DNA of 47,508 nt, taken from positions 1 through 47,508 of the IMG/VR virus record IMGVR_UViG_3300025018_000023; one strand, written 5' to 3'. Under the pieces are notes generated by a model, which made no database searches, was not told the DNA's origin, and saw only the letters and a list, made by a program, of their open reading frames with translations. This document shows, one piece after another, positions 1 through 8,917 of the stretch. Every line of letters begins with the position of its first letter. Position 1 is the first letter of the stretch. The translations under genes and the position numbers were made by a program. Source of the stretch: a virus (taxonomy: Duplodnaviria; Caudoviricetes).

Positions 1-51
1 GCACGTGGCAGATGGCCTGCCAAAACGCAGGCTCGAAGCCGCGCGCATCCT
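1..51. repeat. Terminal direct repeat (circular assembly overlap), left copy
   Basis: 1-51 is identical to 47458-47508. Confidence 0.97.
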
Positions 52-229
52 CGGCGGCGCTGACAAAGCCGCAGCGGCCTGGATGCTCAAAGCGCAGCTT
101 GACGCGCGTGCGCTCCTCACGCGCGCCCTCGGTCACGACCTGCTCGGCCTCGACCTCAAGCGTCCACTGCGCCTTGAGCAGCGCGCCAAGCAGCGCCTGG
201 AAAAACGCGGATGCTAAGAAAGCCTCCAT
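1..229 (-). CDS. Hypothetical protein spanning the circular join (229->1, continuing 47457->47375; 103 aa)
   Basis: ATG at 229 overlaps the rep stop (TGATG). MEAFLASAFFQALL...EAHQHSR* stays open across the terminal repeat. Absent from the ORF track because the sequence is linearised. Confidence 0.7.
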   Translation of the reverse strand, partial: MEAFLASAFFQALLGALLKAQWTLEVEAEQVVTEGAREERTRVKLRFEHPGRCGFVSAAEDARGFEPAFWQAICHV

Positions 230-2166
230 CAGCCTGCCTCCTCTTGCGACTGCGCCAGATGCGCGATCAGACGCCAGCCTGGCTTGGTAGTGCGCAGCTC
301 AAGGCGCTCCAAGAGCGCGACGCGATAAGGCAGCATGTCAAAGCCCATGAGGTGCGCGACGAAGGCCTCGTCCTCCAAGCCCACGCGCAGCTGCTGCGCC
401 TCCACATCCAGCTCAAGCGTCTTGGCCTCATCGAGCAACTGCGCCACGCTGTGACCTCGAGGACCGTGAGCGCGCACCGCGTCCAGCAGCGAGGGCCAAA
501 GCTTGGCCACGTCGAGGCAGGGCTCGGGCTGCTTCGGTGCGCTGCGGTTGTAACCAAGCTCTTGGGAGAGCTGCGCGAAGGGAAACGGCGCGTAAGAGCC
601 AGAAGCCTTGGCCGTCTCCGAGGGCGCAGCAGCGGCGCTGGTTTGCAGCGGCTCAGGCGCGCTCGGCGCCTCTTGGACGTCGTCGGGCGCCTCAGGCTCG
701 GCTAGCTGGTCAGATGAGGCATCAGATTCAAGTGGGTCGACGTGCTCCGTGGCAGGCTCTTGAGCGGGCTCAGGCTCGAGCTGCGCGGTGGGTGGTGGGT
801 CTTGGCTCTCCTTGAGCAGCTGCTGGCCTTCATCCCCGAGACGCTCCACAAGCAGCGCCACGAGCTCGTCTTGCCGATGATGGCTTGGCATGGAGAGCTC
901 GACGCGCAGTTGCTCTCGCCATGACTGACGCTCTTGCTCGGGCTCTACGGACTCAACGGGCTGGGCGATGGCCTCGAAGGCTTCAGCGAACTGCGGCGCA
1001 CGAAACTTCGCTCGGCGTCCTCGAGGCGGCGCGACATAAGCCGCAGGCTGGGCAGCAGCTTGAGGCGCTGAGGCTGGCAAGGTGGCAGGCTGAACAGCGG
1101 CCAAGGCAAGCGCGCGTTGCTCCGCGTTGGCGCTGTCCTTGCCGAGCCAGTCGAGCAACGTGCGACGATCCGAGGGCAGCGTCTCCCAACGCCTCGTCGC
1201 CAAGTCCGCGAAGCGCTGCTGGACAAAGGCTTGAGCGACCTCGAGGCGTTCAAGCCGAGACAGCAGCAACCTCGCTGTGCGAGCGATGGCCTTGGGCTTG
1301 GGCATCGCTTCGCCGCGAGTGATGTCCTCGGTGCGCTCTTCAAGCTCGACGCTCAGCCAGGCGACCAGCTGCTCCTGGTCATCCTCTCCCACCTGACCTT
1401 CTGGCTCGGCCAGCTGGCAGGCCTCGTGCGTGTGGGCACCCTCGTGCGCGTGGACGCCTACGCGCGCGCCCGGCTGGCCAGCCTGCTCTGATAAGAGAGA
1501 TGAACGTAGTGAATCTCTCTGGAGGATGACCGGCGCATGCGCGCGCGGGGTATCAGTACGCGCGTGTGCGTGCGAGGTGGCGGGACTTTGGCGGGGGTTT
1601 GACGTGGATGTGTCGTCGATCTGGCGGGGATGTGTCGTCGATCTGGCGGGGGTTTGGCGGGGGTTTGTCACCCCTTTGACGGGACTTTGGCGCCCCCCGA
1701 CAAGCGCCGCCAAAGAGGGTGGAAGCTGGGCGTCATCGGGTAGCAAGTCGGCCACCCGTGCGGCCCATTCGATAAGATCGTAGAGCGCCTCGATAGGCAG
1801 CACCGCGTCACCGCTTGGCGGTGGTGTGGCGGGACTTTGGCGGGGGTCTGGCAGGGGTGACACGAGGTCTTGGCGGGACTTTGGCGGGGGTGTCACGGCG
1901 CCGCCATCGAGGGCGACACGCAGCATATAGCCGCGCGAGGTCGAGGTGATCGAGAGGTAGGGCAGCTCGGGGAGCTGCGCGCGCAGGCGCTGAACCGTGC
2001 GAGGGCTCGTCTCAAGGCGTGCGGCGAGCTCGGCGACCGTCGAGGTCGTGGCCCACACCTCGACGCCTGCGGGCAGATCGTGCGCCATCGTGAGGATGAG
2101 CGCGGCCTGCGGGCCAACGACGCCATCAGCGGCGAGGCGACTGCGGAGGTCGTCAGTCATTGACAC
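229..2166 (-). CDS. Putative phage replication initiator (N-terminal HTH, low-complexity linker, C-terminal DnaA-N-like domain)
   Basis: HTH-like TVAELAARLETSPRTVQR; internal DNA repeats; C-terminal LWPSLLDAVR...LRVGL resembles DnaA domain I-type folds. Confidence 0.6.
   Translation of the reverse strand: MSMTDDLRSRLAADGVVGPQAALILTMAHDLPAGVEVWATTSTVAELAARLETSPRTVQRLRAQLPELPYLSITSTSRGYMLRVALDGGAVTPPPKSRQDLVSPLPDPRQSPATPPPSGDAVLPIEALYDLIEWAARVADLLPDDAQLPPSLAALVGGRQSPVKGVTNPRQTPARSTTHPRQIDDTSTSNPRQSPATSHAHARTDTPRAHAPVILQRDSLRSSLLSEQAGQPGARVGVHAHEGAHTHEACQLAEPEGQVGEDDQEQLVAWLSVELEERTEDITRGEAMPKPKAIARTARLLLSRLERLEVAQAFVQQRFADLATRRWETLPSDRRTLLDWLGKDSANAEQRALALAAVQPATLPASAPQAAAQPAAYVAPPRGRRAKFRAPQFAEAFEAIAQPVESVEPEQERQSWREQLRVELSMPSHHRQDELVALLVERLGDEGQQLLKESQDPPPTAQLEPEPAQEPATEHVDPLESDASSDQLAEPEAPDDVQEAPSAPEPLQTSAAAAPSETAKASGSYAPFPFAQLSQELGYNRSAPKQPEPCLDVAKLWPSLLDAVRAHGPRGHSVAQLLDEAKTLELDVEAQQLRVGLEDEAFVAHLMGFDMLPYRVALLERLELRTTKPGWRLIAHLAQSQEEAG
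1578..1890. repeat. Iteron-like direct repeats, putative replication origin
   Basis: TGGCGGGACTTTGGCGGGGG at 1578, 1827 and 1871, a partial copy near 1680, and tandem GGATGTGTCGTCGATCTGGCGG at about 1606-1650. Confidence 0.65.
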
Positions 2167-2489
2167 CCCCTAGCGTAGCCTGTGGAAAACTTTTTAGAGG
2201 GGGCGACCGTCCAAACGGCCCGCTCATGACCTCTATATGTGGAAGATCTGTGACAGATCGGAAACACTAAACGCTTGCGCAGGTACTGATCAAGCGTGTA
2301 GCATTTGACCCACAACCCCACACTGGGGCAAGAACACGGCAAGCCGAGGCGCGTCAACGCCTCGGCTTGCCTTGAGCAACACTTGCGCGCTGACTCAACA
2401 GTTGAGCCACGATCCTCGCACAACGCGGGGTAGGCGTCAATCAGCGCGCATAACGACATGTTCGTCATACGAACAAAAAGGAGTGCGCG

Positions 2490-2771
2490 ATGAAAGAGTA
2501 TCGCTCGATGGATTTCGTCTGGGAGGATGGCAAGCTCGTCAAGAGCACGAGCACCGTGCAGCTTAGCGAGAAGCTGGCGCTGGGCGTGAGTATCTGCCCC
2601 AAGAGCGGCTTGCCCCTGTTCCGGGCTCACACATGGCCAGACATCACCCTGCTGATCAAAGCCGAGTTGCTGGAGCGATTGAGCGACGAAGAGCTCTACG
2701 TCGCGCTCAAGGGCGCCTTTGCGCAGGCGCTCGACCCAGTGACAGGGCTCTTCGTCGAGGGCAAGGGATGA
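2490..2771 (+). CDS. Hypothetical protein
   Basis: 93 aa ORF with AAGGAG RBS and typical codon usage. Confidence 0.65.
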   Translation: MKEYRSMDFVWEDGKLVKSTSTVQLSEKLALGVSICPKSGLPLFRAHTWPDITLLIKAELLERLSDEELYVALKGAFAQALDPVTGLFVEGKG

Positions 2772-2980
2772 AGACTTACGCCGTAGACCTAGCTGCGGCG
2801 CGAGTATGGCCCGTCGACGAAGCGCCAGCATCATATGATCTGGTGCTTCTGAGCCCGCATGAGCCAGGCAGCGGCGAGCTAATTGCCGCGCTGGCTCTTG
2901 CGATATGGCACATGGATAGGCCACCATCAGCTCAGCCCTCCAGCCACGTCACAGACAAAACACCCTCGCCGATCTTATAG
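2768..2980 (+). CDS. Hypothetical protein
   Basis: ATGA overlap with the upstream stop; MKTYAVDL... Confidence 0.45.
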   Translation: MKTYAVDLAAARVWPVDEAPASYDLVLLSPHEPGSGELIAALALAIWHMDRPPSAQPSSHVTDKTPSPIL

Positions 2981-3171
2981 GAGATCAAGCGGGCCTCGAC
3001 CATCTCGTCTAGGCCCGCAATCAACCCATCAACAGTAAGGCCAACTGCCTGCGCCACTGATTCTATGCGGCCGGGGCGCCTCATGGTTAGCGCGCTGAAC
3101 GAGCGCTGACCATTGGCAGATAGCCGATCAAGGTCGGCAGCAATGCGCGCTTGCTTGAGGGACTCGTGCAT
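2932..3171 (-). CDS. Small putative winged-helix DNA-binding protein
   Basis: GGAGG RBS before MHESLK; IESVAQAVGLTVDGLIAGLDEMVEARLI is wHTH-like. Confidence 0.55.
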   Translation of the reverse strand: MHESLKQARIAADLDRLSANGQRSFSALTMRRPGRIESVAQAVGLTVDGLIAGLDEMVEARLISYKIGEGVLSVTWLEG

Positions 3172-3227
3172 CTGTACCTCCTGAGTACTGTCAGTGTAGA
3201 CTATGCACAGAGATTTCTTAAGGCACA

Positions 3228-3273
3228 ATAAAAAACGCGTGCACGGTGGCTTCTATGCCACCGTGCACGCGTT
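3228..3273 (-). terminator. Intrinsic terminator after the XRE gene
   Basis: 17-bp perfect inverted repeat (3234-3250 / 3257-3273) followed by a T-run on the - strand. Confidence 0.85.
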
Positions 3274-3303
3274 AAGTGCCGCCACCCAAGCTGTCTAAGA
3301 GGG

Positions 3304-3684
3304 CTACATGTTCTTAAAGAACTCGTTTGCTATGGCGTCGCGCTGCTTCTTATCGAGCGGGCCCGATGAGAGCTCTTCAGTCTGAACAAGCCTCACGAGC
3401 ACGCGAGCCAAACCAAACACCGCCAAGATGTCGCGGTCGAGCAGCTCGGCGCTGTTCAGGTACAGCGCGAGCGTAGGCGTGACGCCATGCTCAACGTTGG
3501 CATAGCCGCGCTGGGTGATGCCAAGCATGTCCGCCATCTGTTGCTGGGTGTAGTCGCTTTCGGTCTCCCGGCCATGCGCCAAGACGCGGCCAAGAGCCCA
3601 CTGGTAAAGGGCGGGGTCGTTTTTCTTCTCAGGGAAGCTCATCGGCAGCTCGCTTAAAGGATGCATTGCTAGCGCGGCGCTCAT
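3304..3684 (-). CDS. XRE-family HTH regulator (CI/Cro-like)
   Basis: YTQQQMADMLGITQRGYANVEHG is a classic HTH_3 motif; divergent from the early operon. Confidence 0.85.
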   Translation of the reverse strand: MSAALAMHPLSELPMSFPEKKNDPALYQWALGRVLAHGRETESDYTQQQMADMLGITQRGYANVEHGVTPTLALYLNSAELLDRDILAVFGLARVLVRLVQTEELSSGPLDKKQRDAIANEFFKNM

Positions 3685-3731
3685 AACGACCTCTCTACTG
3701 GGGTGGGGGAATAGGCTCAAGCACAAGAATT

Positions 3732-3805
3732 AGCACATACAGTTCTAAAGTCCAACGGACTGTGCTTTTTTCTATTGACCTAAAAGTACTCACGCTTCAT
3801 ATTAA
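3732..3805 (+). promoter_or_regulatory. Divergent promoter/operator region
   Basis: AT-rich; TTGACC-17 nt-CATATT at 3775-3803; palindrome AGTCC-AAC-GGACT at about 3748-3760. Confidence 0.5.
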
Positions 3806-3840
3806 GAAATGTCAGTTCATCTTAATAGTGGAGCGAGCCC

Positions 3841-4455
3841 ATGACCTGGTACATCACGACAGCACCCAACGATCTTGAGTACGCGGTCCGCGTCATCCGC
3901 GGCCAGCTCATCGAGCTGTTTAGCCTCGACGGCTTTAACGGCCCCCGCATCATCACGCGCAAGCAAGCCAAAGACATGGGGTACAGCTCGTGCCGCCGCG
4001 CCACCGAGCAAGAAGCCGCGCGCTGCGAGCGTCGCTTTGAGCAGTACATGGCCACGAGCAAGGCCAACCACGCCGCCTCGATCATCATGCGCGGCTGGTA
4101 CGAGGTCGAGCACAACGGCGTGACCGTATGGGCTCGCGAAGGTGACAACGGCCGCTGTGAGTGCGTGCACCCCGACGGATCGGCCTCCTACTACACCAAC
4201 GACGAGCTCGTGCCCGTGCGCCGCGTCAACACCGAGGACGCTGAGGCCGCCGCACGCAACGCCTACCTGCTGCGCGCTCAAGCTCGCCTCGGCGCATACG
4301 TCGATGCAGGCCGCGCCGCCAAGCGTGCCGCGACTGCCCATGTTGGCGCTGGCCCCGCGACCTCGCTTGGACCTCGCAGCTACGTCGAGGAGTACGAGCG
4401 CAGCATCAACCAGCTATCACGCCGCACAGGTCGCCGCATGAGCGCCTGGAGCTAG
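3841..4455 (+). CDS. Hypothetical protein, cassette A gene 1 (paralog of 6001-6633)
   Basis: MTWYITT... shared with the 6001 ORF. Confidence 0.8.
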   Translation: MTWYITTAPNDLEYAVRVIRGQLIELFSLDGFNGPRIITRKQAKDMGYSSCRRATEQEAARCERRFEQYMATSKANHAASIIMRGWYEVEHNGVTVWAREGDNGRCECVHPDGSASYYTNDELVPVRRVNTEDAEAAARNAYLLRAQARLGAYVDAGRAAKRAATAHVGAGPATSLGPRSYVEEYERSINQLSRRTGRRMSAWS

Positions 4456-4541
4456 CCACCACTACACCGCGCGCCAGGGACGGGAAAAGACCCCACGGAC
4501 TGCCACGAGGCAGGGCGCGCCCCAGCTACAGAGACGACGAG

Positions 4542-4826
4542 ATGAGGCTCAATCCATTTCAGATCGCAATCATCAGCTACCAAAGCGGTCCAGTGCCCGA
4601 GGCGGCGAAGGCGCTGGCCAAGCAGCACATCGGCGAGGTGGAGCGAACAGGCCGCTATCCAGAGGCCATCACCATCGAGCGCAGCCCAGGCGCCTACGAC
4701 TGGCAGGCACAGGACAGGGCCGACGACCTCCATGTCATGGCGGCGCGGCTGATCCAATACGAGATGCACAGCGACCGAGCCCGCACGGGCGACCCCTCGA
4801 TCGCGATCCTTGAGGTGACGACATGA
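4542..4826 (+). CDS. Hypothetical protein
   Basis: 94 aa; ATGA-coupled to the next gene. Confidence 0.65.
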   Translation: MRLNPFQIAIISYQSGPVPEAAKALAKQHIGEVERTGRYPEAITIERSPGAYDWQAQDRADDLHVMAARLIQYEMHSDRARTGDPSIAILEVTT

Positions 4827-5203
4827 TCAGCGAGAAGACCCTCAAGAACTGGTGCCTGGCATTAGGCCTCTACCGCGAGCACGCGGGCGCCCTGCGCTCC
4901 ACCGAAGAGCACGAGGCGTTCGATGCGCTGGGCGTGCTGCTCCAGGTGATCGACCCCGACGGCTGGCACAAGGTCAGTGTGAGCTGGCAGCACACGCTAT
5001 CCCGAGGCTCGCACTATGTGAGCTATGACCTGCTGCCCGAGGACGTCCAGGCCGAGATCGCGCGCCTCACCGACGTCGAGCATATGGGCCATGAGGACAT
5101 CGCCGGATACCTGCGGTGCACGATGCCCGCGAGGATCGCGCGCCATGAGCGCGAGCTTGAGCGGGCCGAGCTTGGCAACGAGCGCGCCGAGGCCTGCGCG
5201 TGA
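4823..5203 (+). CDS. Hypothetical protein, cassette A gene 2 (paralog of 6626-7000)
   Basis: MISEKTLKNW...GALR...FDALGVLL. Confidence 0.8.
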   Translation: MISEKTLKNWCLALGLYREHAGALRSTEEHEAFDALGVLLQVIDPDGWHKVSVSWQHTLSRGSHYVSYDLLPEDVQAEIARLTDVEHMGHEDIAGYLRCTMPARIARHERELERAELGNERAEACA

Positions 5204-5520
5204 GCGTCGAGGCTGACCACACACGCAGCCTCCGGCTGGCGCGCGAGCACCGCGCTGACGAGATCCAGCGGATCGAGCAGCTCGGCATCGAGGCTCGCGC
5301 GCTGACCAGAGTGGGCGTGGCCCTGAGCTACGACTGCGAGGAGATCGTCGCGACGATCTTGGGCTGCACATGCGGGCAGCTTGGTGACCTGCGACGAGCT
5401 CGGCCCACGAGCCCCTATCTGGAGCACCGCGCAGACGCCGTGCTCAGCACATATCCCGAGACGTGGCAGGAGGTCGTCGAGGCCGCTGTCTACGCTCGCA
5501 AACACCTGATGCGCTACTGA
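5200..5520 (+). CDS. Hypothetical protein, cassette A gene 3 (paralog of 7047-7529)
   Basis: Coupled start; shared ...YP.tW.E.V motif; possible HTH. Confidence 0.7.
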   Translation: MSVEADHTRSLRLAREHRADEIQRIEQLGIEARALTRVGVALSYDCEEIVATILGCTCGQLGDLRRARPTSPYLEHRADAVLSTYPETWQEVVEAAVYARKHLMRY

Positions 5521-5530
5521 GGACAACGCC

Positions 5531-5947
5531 ATGGACACCACGCAGATCGCCTACTACCTCGTCGCCCAAAGCTGGATCGCCGCGCTCATCATTGAGCTCG
5601 ACGTCGACCCGCCGCGCCAGGCCAAGCGCGACATCACGGCGCTCATCGCCATCGCACGCACCGCGATGGGCTACGAGAGCCGCGCCGCGCTGCTTGAGAA
5701 CGACATCGAGGGCGAGGCCGCCGTGATGGAGGTCTACGAGGTCGACGGCGCCACGAGCGAGCCCGCCGCCAAGCGCCTCCACAATCGCCTCTGCGCCGCT
5801 TGGTGGCCCTGCACCTGCCCTTGGTGCGACGGCACGGGCGGCGACGACCAGTACGTGTGGGATTGCGGGCTCTGCAACAGCGAGGGCTGGCTGCCCTCAA
5901 AGACGCTGACCAAGCGCCTCGAAGACGAGCAGCAAGCCTGCGCCTAA
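5531..5947 (+). CDS. Hypothetical protein with C-terminal DnaJ-type Zn-finger motifs, cassette A gene 4 (paralog of 7529-7822)
   Basis: CPWCDGTG and CGLCNSEG; N-terminal PPRQAKRDITAL. Confidence 0.75.
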   Translation: MDTTQIAYYLVAQSWIAALIIELDVDPPRQAKRDITALIAIARTAMGYESRAALLENDIEGEAAVMEVYEVDGATSEPAAKRLHNRLCAAWWPCTCPWCDGTGGDDQYVWDCGLCNSEGWLPSKTLTKRLEDEQQACA

Positions 5948-6000
5948 GAGATCCACGACGCGCCGCCAGAGAGGCGGCGCGCAGCGAAGAGGGCAAGACG

Positions 6001-6633
6001 ATGACTTGGTACATCACGACATCACAAGAGGGCGCAAGCTACGGCGTGCGCCGCATCGCAGGCCGAAAGGCCATCGAGCTTATCGGCCTCGAGGGCGCCG
6101 ACCACGAGGTCATGACGACCCAAGAGGCGCAGGATGCCGGATTTAGCCCATGTCGCCCCGCCACCGAGGCCGAGGCTCAAGCGTGCGAAGACGCCCTCGA
6201 GCGCCATAAGTGGCGCTTGGCTTGGGAGCGACGCGAAGCACAACAACGCCCCGTCGAAGGCTGGCACGAGGTCCGATATCAGGACCAACGCTGGTGGGGC
6301 AGGCAGCTGGCAAGCGGCGCCGTCGAGCTGGTCAGCCCCGCAGGCACCCGACGCTTTGAGACGCGCGACACGCTCACCCCAGGGCGCCGCGTCGATGATG
6401 ACCTCGCGCTGGCTGCGCTCCGTATGACGAGCGTGTTGGCCAAAGTGCCTGTCTTAGTCCTCTCCAGTCGAGGAAGTCAGCACGCGACCAAGTCCAAGCC
6501 TGCGCTTGTCATCGGGGAGGGCAAGAGCGCCCTCGAGCTGGCGCAAGAACGCCTTAATGACGCTCAAGAAGCGTGGCTTAGTCCACCGCCACGCCTCGCT
6601 CTAACAACCAGGGGAGCACACCAAGATGATTGA
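6001..6633 (+). CDS. Hypothetical protein, cassette B gene 1
   Basis: MTWYITTSQEG...; start inferred from its paralog. Confidence 0.8.
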   Translation: MTWYITTSQEGASYGVRRIAGRKAIELIGLEGADHEVMTTQEAQDAGFSPCRPATEAEAQACEDALERHKWRLAWERREAQQRPVEGWHEVRYQDQRWWGRQLASGAVELVSPAGTRRFETRDTLTPGRRVDDDLALAALRMTSVLAKVPVLVLSSRGSQHATKSKPALVIGEGKSALELAQERLNDAQEAWLSPPPRLALTTRGAHQDD

Positions 6634-7000
6634 TGAGAAGACGATGAAGGCATGGGCTGCGGCCCTTTGCTCAGGCCAATACACAGGCCACTGCGGCGCG
6701 CTGCGCCACCCGACCGAGCCGCGCTTTGATCCGCTGGGCGTGCTCTTGGAGCTGCTTGAGCCCGAAGGATGGGATGAGCAAGGCAAGCACCAGCTCTCGG
6801 CAGGCCGCCACACCCTCACCCACGACGTGCTGCCCTCGTCCTATCAAGAAGAACTCATCCACCTCTACGACGGCGAGCACGCGAGCTTTGAGGAGATCGC
6901 CTGCTTCATCCGCGAGACCTACCCCTCGCTCTTGGCTCATGAACAAGCGCTTGAGCAAGCCTTCGCGCGCTTTGCTCAAAACACCATGAAGGCCTCGTAA
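6626..7000 (+). CDS. Hypothetical protein, cassette B gene 2
   Basis: MIDEKTMKAW...GALR...FDPLGVLL. Confidence 0.8.
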   Translation: MIDEKTMKAWAAALCSGQYTGHCGALRHPTEPRFDPLGVLLELLEPEGWDEQGKHQLSAGRHTLTHDVLPSSYQEELIHLYDGEHASFEEIACFIRETYPSLLAHEQALEQAFARFAQNTMKAS

Positions 7001-7046
7001 GCCCGATGGCTGGCCACATGCAACACCTCACCAAGAGAGCTTACTG

Positions 7047-7529
7047 ATGCTGGGCCTGCATCCTCATCAACGCCTTTTGCTGGCACAGCGCGAAGCTCGC
7101 GCCGCCGACATTGAGGACTTGATCGCGATGGGTCTTGAAGACGGCGCGCTCGAAGCCTCAAGGCGCCGCGATGGCAGCATCCGCGAAGATGAAGCAGGCC
7201 GCATTCACCTTGATCCCCCAAGCCAGGAGGCGCTCGCCGTGCTCCTTGGCATCCCGATAAGCGCGCTGTTGCCCATGCGCCGCGCCCAGGCCACCTGCGC
7301 CTGGAACGAGGCCAGCACCGACGCGCTCTTTGCACGCTATCCCACAAGCTGGACTGAGGCCGTCGCCAGACGACGCGCGCTTAACAGCTTTGTCCGAGAA
7401 GGACGCCCCGAAGACCCCGAGACGATGCCTGGCTGGATACGCACCAGCGTTCACCTGGCCAAGATCGCTGACATGAAACACCGCATCCGCGAGCTGGAGA
7501 TCAAGCTCGCGCCCCAAGGAGCCCGCTGA
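7047..7529 (+). CDS. Hypothetical protein, cassette B gene 3
   Basis: Similarity to 5200-5520. Confidence 0.7.
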   Translation: MLGLHPHQRLLLAQREARAADIEDLIAMGLEDGALEASRRRDGSIREDEAGRIHLDPPSQEALAVLLGIPISALLPMRRAQATCAWNEASTDALFARYPTSWTEAVARRRALNSFVREGRPEDPETMPGWIRTSVHLAKIADMKHRIRELEIKLAPQGAR

Positions 7530-7822
7530 TGAAGACGCCCGCCCAAACGAAGACGACCACCTTAGCGCTCTGGTTCATGGCCAAGCTCTGGCTCGACAAG
7601 CTGTGCTTTGAGCTTGGCGCAAGCCCTCCCGCGCGCACACGCCGCGACCTGACCGCGATGCTGGTCTTGGCCGCCGAGGCCCTGCTCGAGGGAGAGGGGA
7701 GCGACGCCCTGACCATCGAGCGCGAGGTGCGCCGCCTGCTCACGTGCTGGCCTGGAGGCACCCCGAGCGCCGCCCAAGCCGAAGCAGGGCTCGTCCTCGA
7801 GATCCACGCCATCGTCGCCTGA
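7529..7822 (+). CDS. Hypothetical protein, cassette B gene 4
   Basis: PPARTRRDLTAM resembles PPRQAKRDITAL; TGATG coupling. Confidence 0.7.
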   Translation: MKTPAQTKTTTLALWFMAKLWLDKLCFELGASPPARTRRDLTAMLVLAAEALLEGEGSDALTIEREVRRLLTCWPGGTPSAAQAEAGLVLEIHAIVA

Positions 7823-7861
7823 CTCACCTTGGCCCACGGCCCACCCACTCAAGGAACCCCG

Positions 7862-8176
7862 ATGTTTGAGAGAGACTACACCCAGGTGCTCGATGTGACG
7901 CGCCGCCCCGAGGACCGCGAGCCGCTCAAGGTCACGCCGCACGTCTTCCAGTCGCAAATCCCCTTTCTGCCCGACGAGCCCTTGATGGTGCCTGTCGCGC
8001 TGCCTGTCTGGGATCGCCGCGACATCACCGCTTGGCGCCAAAGCTATCGCGATCAACGCGCTTTAGAGGCCGCACAGACCGCGCTCGCCAAGCCCGCGCC
8101 GATCACCGCAGGGCGCGCGCTCAAAGCGCTCTTAAAGCTGCCAAGGTTGTGGCTTGCGGAGGTGCGACGTGGCTAA
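7862..8176 (+). CDS. Hypothetical protein
   Basis: AAGGA RBS before MFERDY. Confidence 0.6.
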   Translation: MFERDYTQVLDVTRRPEDREPLKVTPHVFQSQIPFLPDEPLMVPVALPVWDRRDITAWRQSYRDQRALEAAQTALAKPAPITAGRALKALLKLPRLWLAEVRRG

Positions 8177-8363
8177 GCGACGCCTGCACACAGGGCTGTG
8201 GATGCGCGCGTATGTCAGCCCCAGCACGGGCACGCTCTATCGCATCGTGCGCTTTGTGCCCACAGGCCACGCCCAGCTCATCGCGCTTAAGCCTCACACG
8301 CCTGGCAAGTACGTCAAGCTGCAGACGCTAAACCGATGGCCCTCGTTCTGGATTCGACCTTAG
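8169..8363 (+). CDS. Small hypothetical protein
   Basis: GGAGG RBS and GTG start overlapping the upstream gene. Confidence 0.55.
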   Translation: MAKRRLHTGLWMRAYVSPSTGTLYRIVRFVPTGHAQLIALKPHTPGKYVKLQTLNRWPSFWIRP

Positions 8364-8555
8364 TGCGCTTGAAGGTGTCGCGCGCCTTGCTCAAGGCGGC
8401 GCACGGGGCTCATCCCCCACACCTTATTGTCCTGCGCGGATCACGGTGAAGGTGCTCGTGATAAGGGGCCAAGACGTTGTGATGACTCACCGCCCGCTGC
8501 TCACAGGGAGCAGATGCCCGCAAGGGGCGCAGGACGCCCTATCACAAGGAGAGCT

Positions 8556-8891
8556 ATGCGACGCTACATCACTCATCTCAACACCCCCATCGACTGGGAG
8601 GCCATCCCCTTAGATCGCTCGCGCGATGGCGACGCTCTCCACCGCGCCGACTGCCTCCGCTGGCAGGCTGACCTCAAGCGCGGGCAACCGCTGCACGATC
8701 CTTATCCTCGGCCAAGCTATCCCAGCGCGCAGGCCTGGTCGGATCAAGCAGGCAGGCGAGGCCGCAAGCTGCCCCCTGATGGCGAGCTGCTGCGACTTAG
8801 CCGAGCCATGAGCGCTGACCAGATCGCACAACGCTACGGCGTCCAACCCCAGACTGTCACCAGCATGGTCGCGCGTGCACGACGCCGCTAA
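8556..8891 (+). CDS. HTH DNA-binding protein
   Basis: AAGGAG RBS; C-terminal MSADQIAQRYGVQPQTVTSMV. Confidence 0.7.
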   Translation: MRRYITHLNTPIDWEAIPLDRSRDGDALHRADCLRWQADLKRGQPLHDPYPRPSYPSAQAWSDQAGRRGRKLPPDGELLRLSRAMSADQIAQRYGVQPQTVTSMVARARRR

Positions 8892-8917
8892 ACCGCGCCC
8901 TATCCAAGGAGAGCCCC

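Noticed and set aside
1-51. Biological terminal repeat of the packaged genome
   Set aside because: It falls inside a gene and has a k-mer-like length; best explained as assembly overlap
2157-2927. 256-aa minus-strand ORF
   Set aside because: Overlaps two better-supported + strand genes; only its 3' third might be real, and this is unsupported
3271-3300. Partial similarity to spacer 2 (GCCGCCACC...TCTAA)
   Set aside because: Seed region mismatched and no PAM
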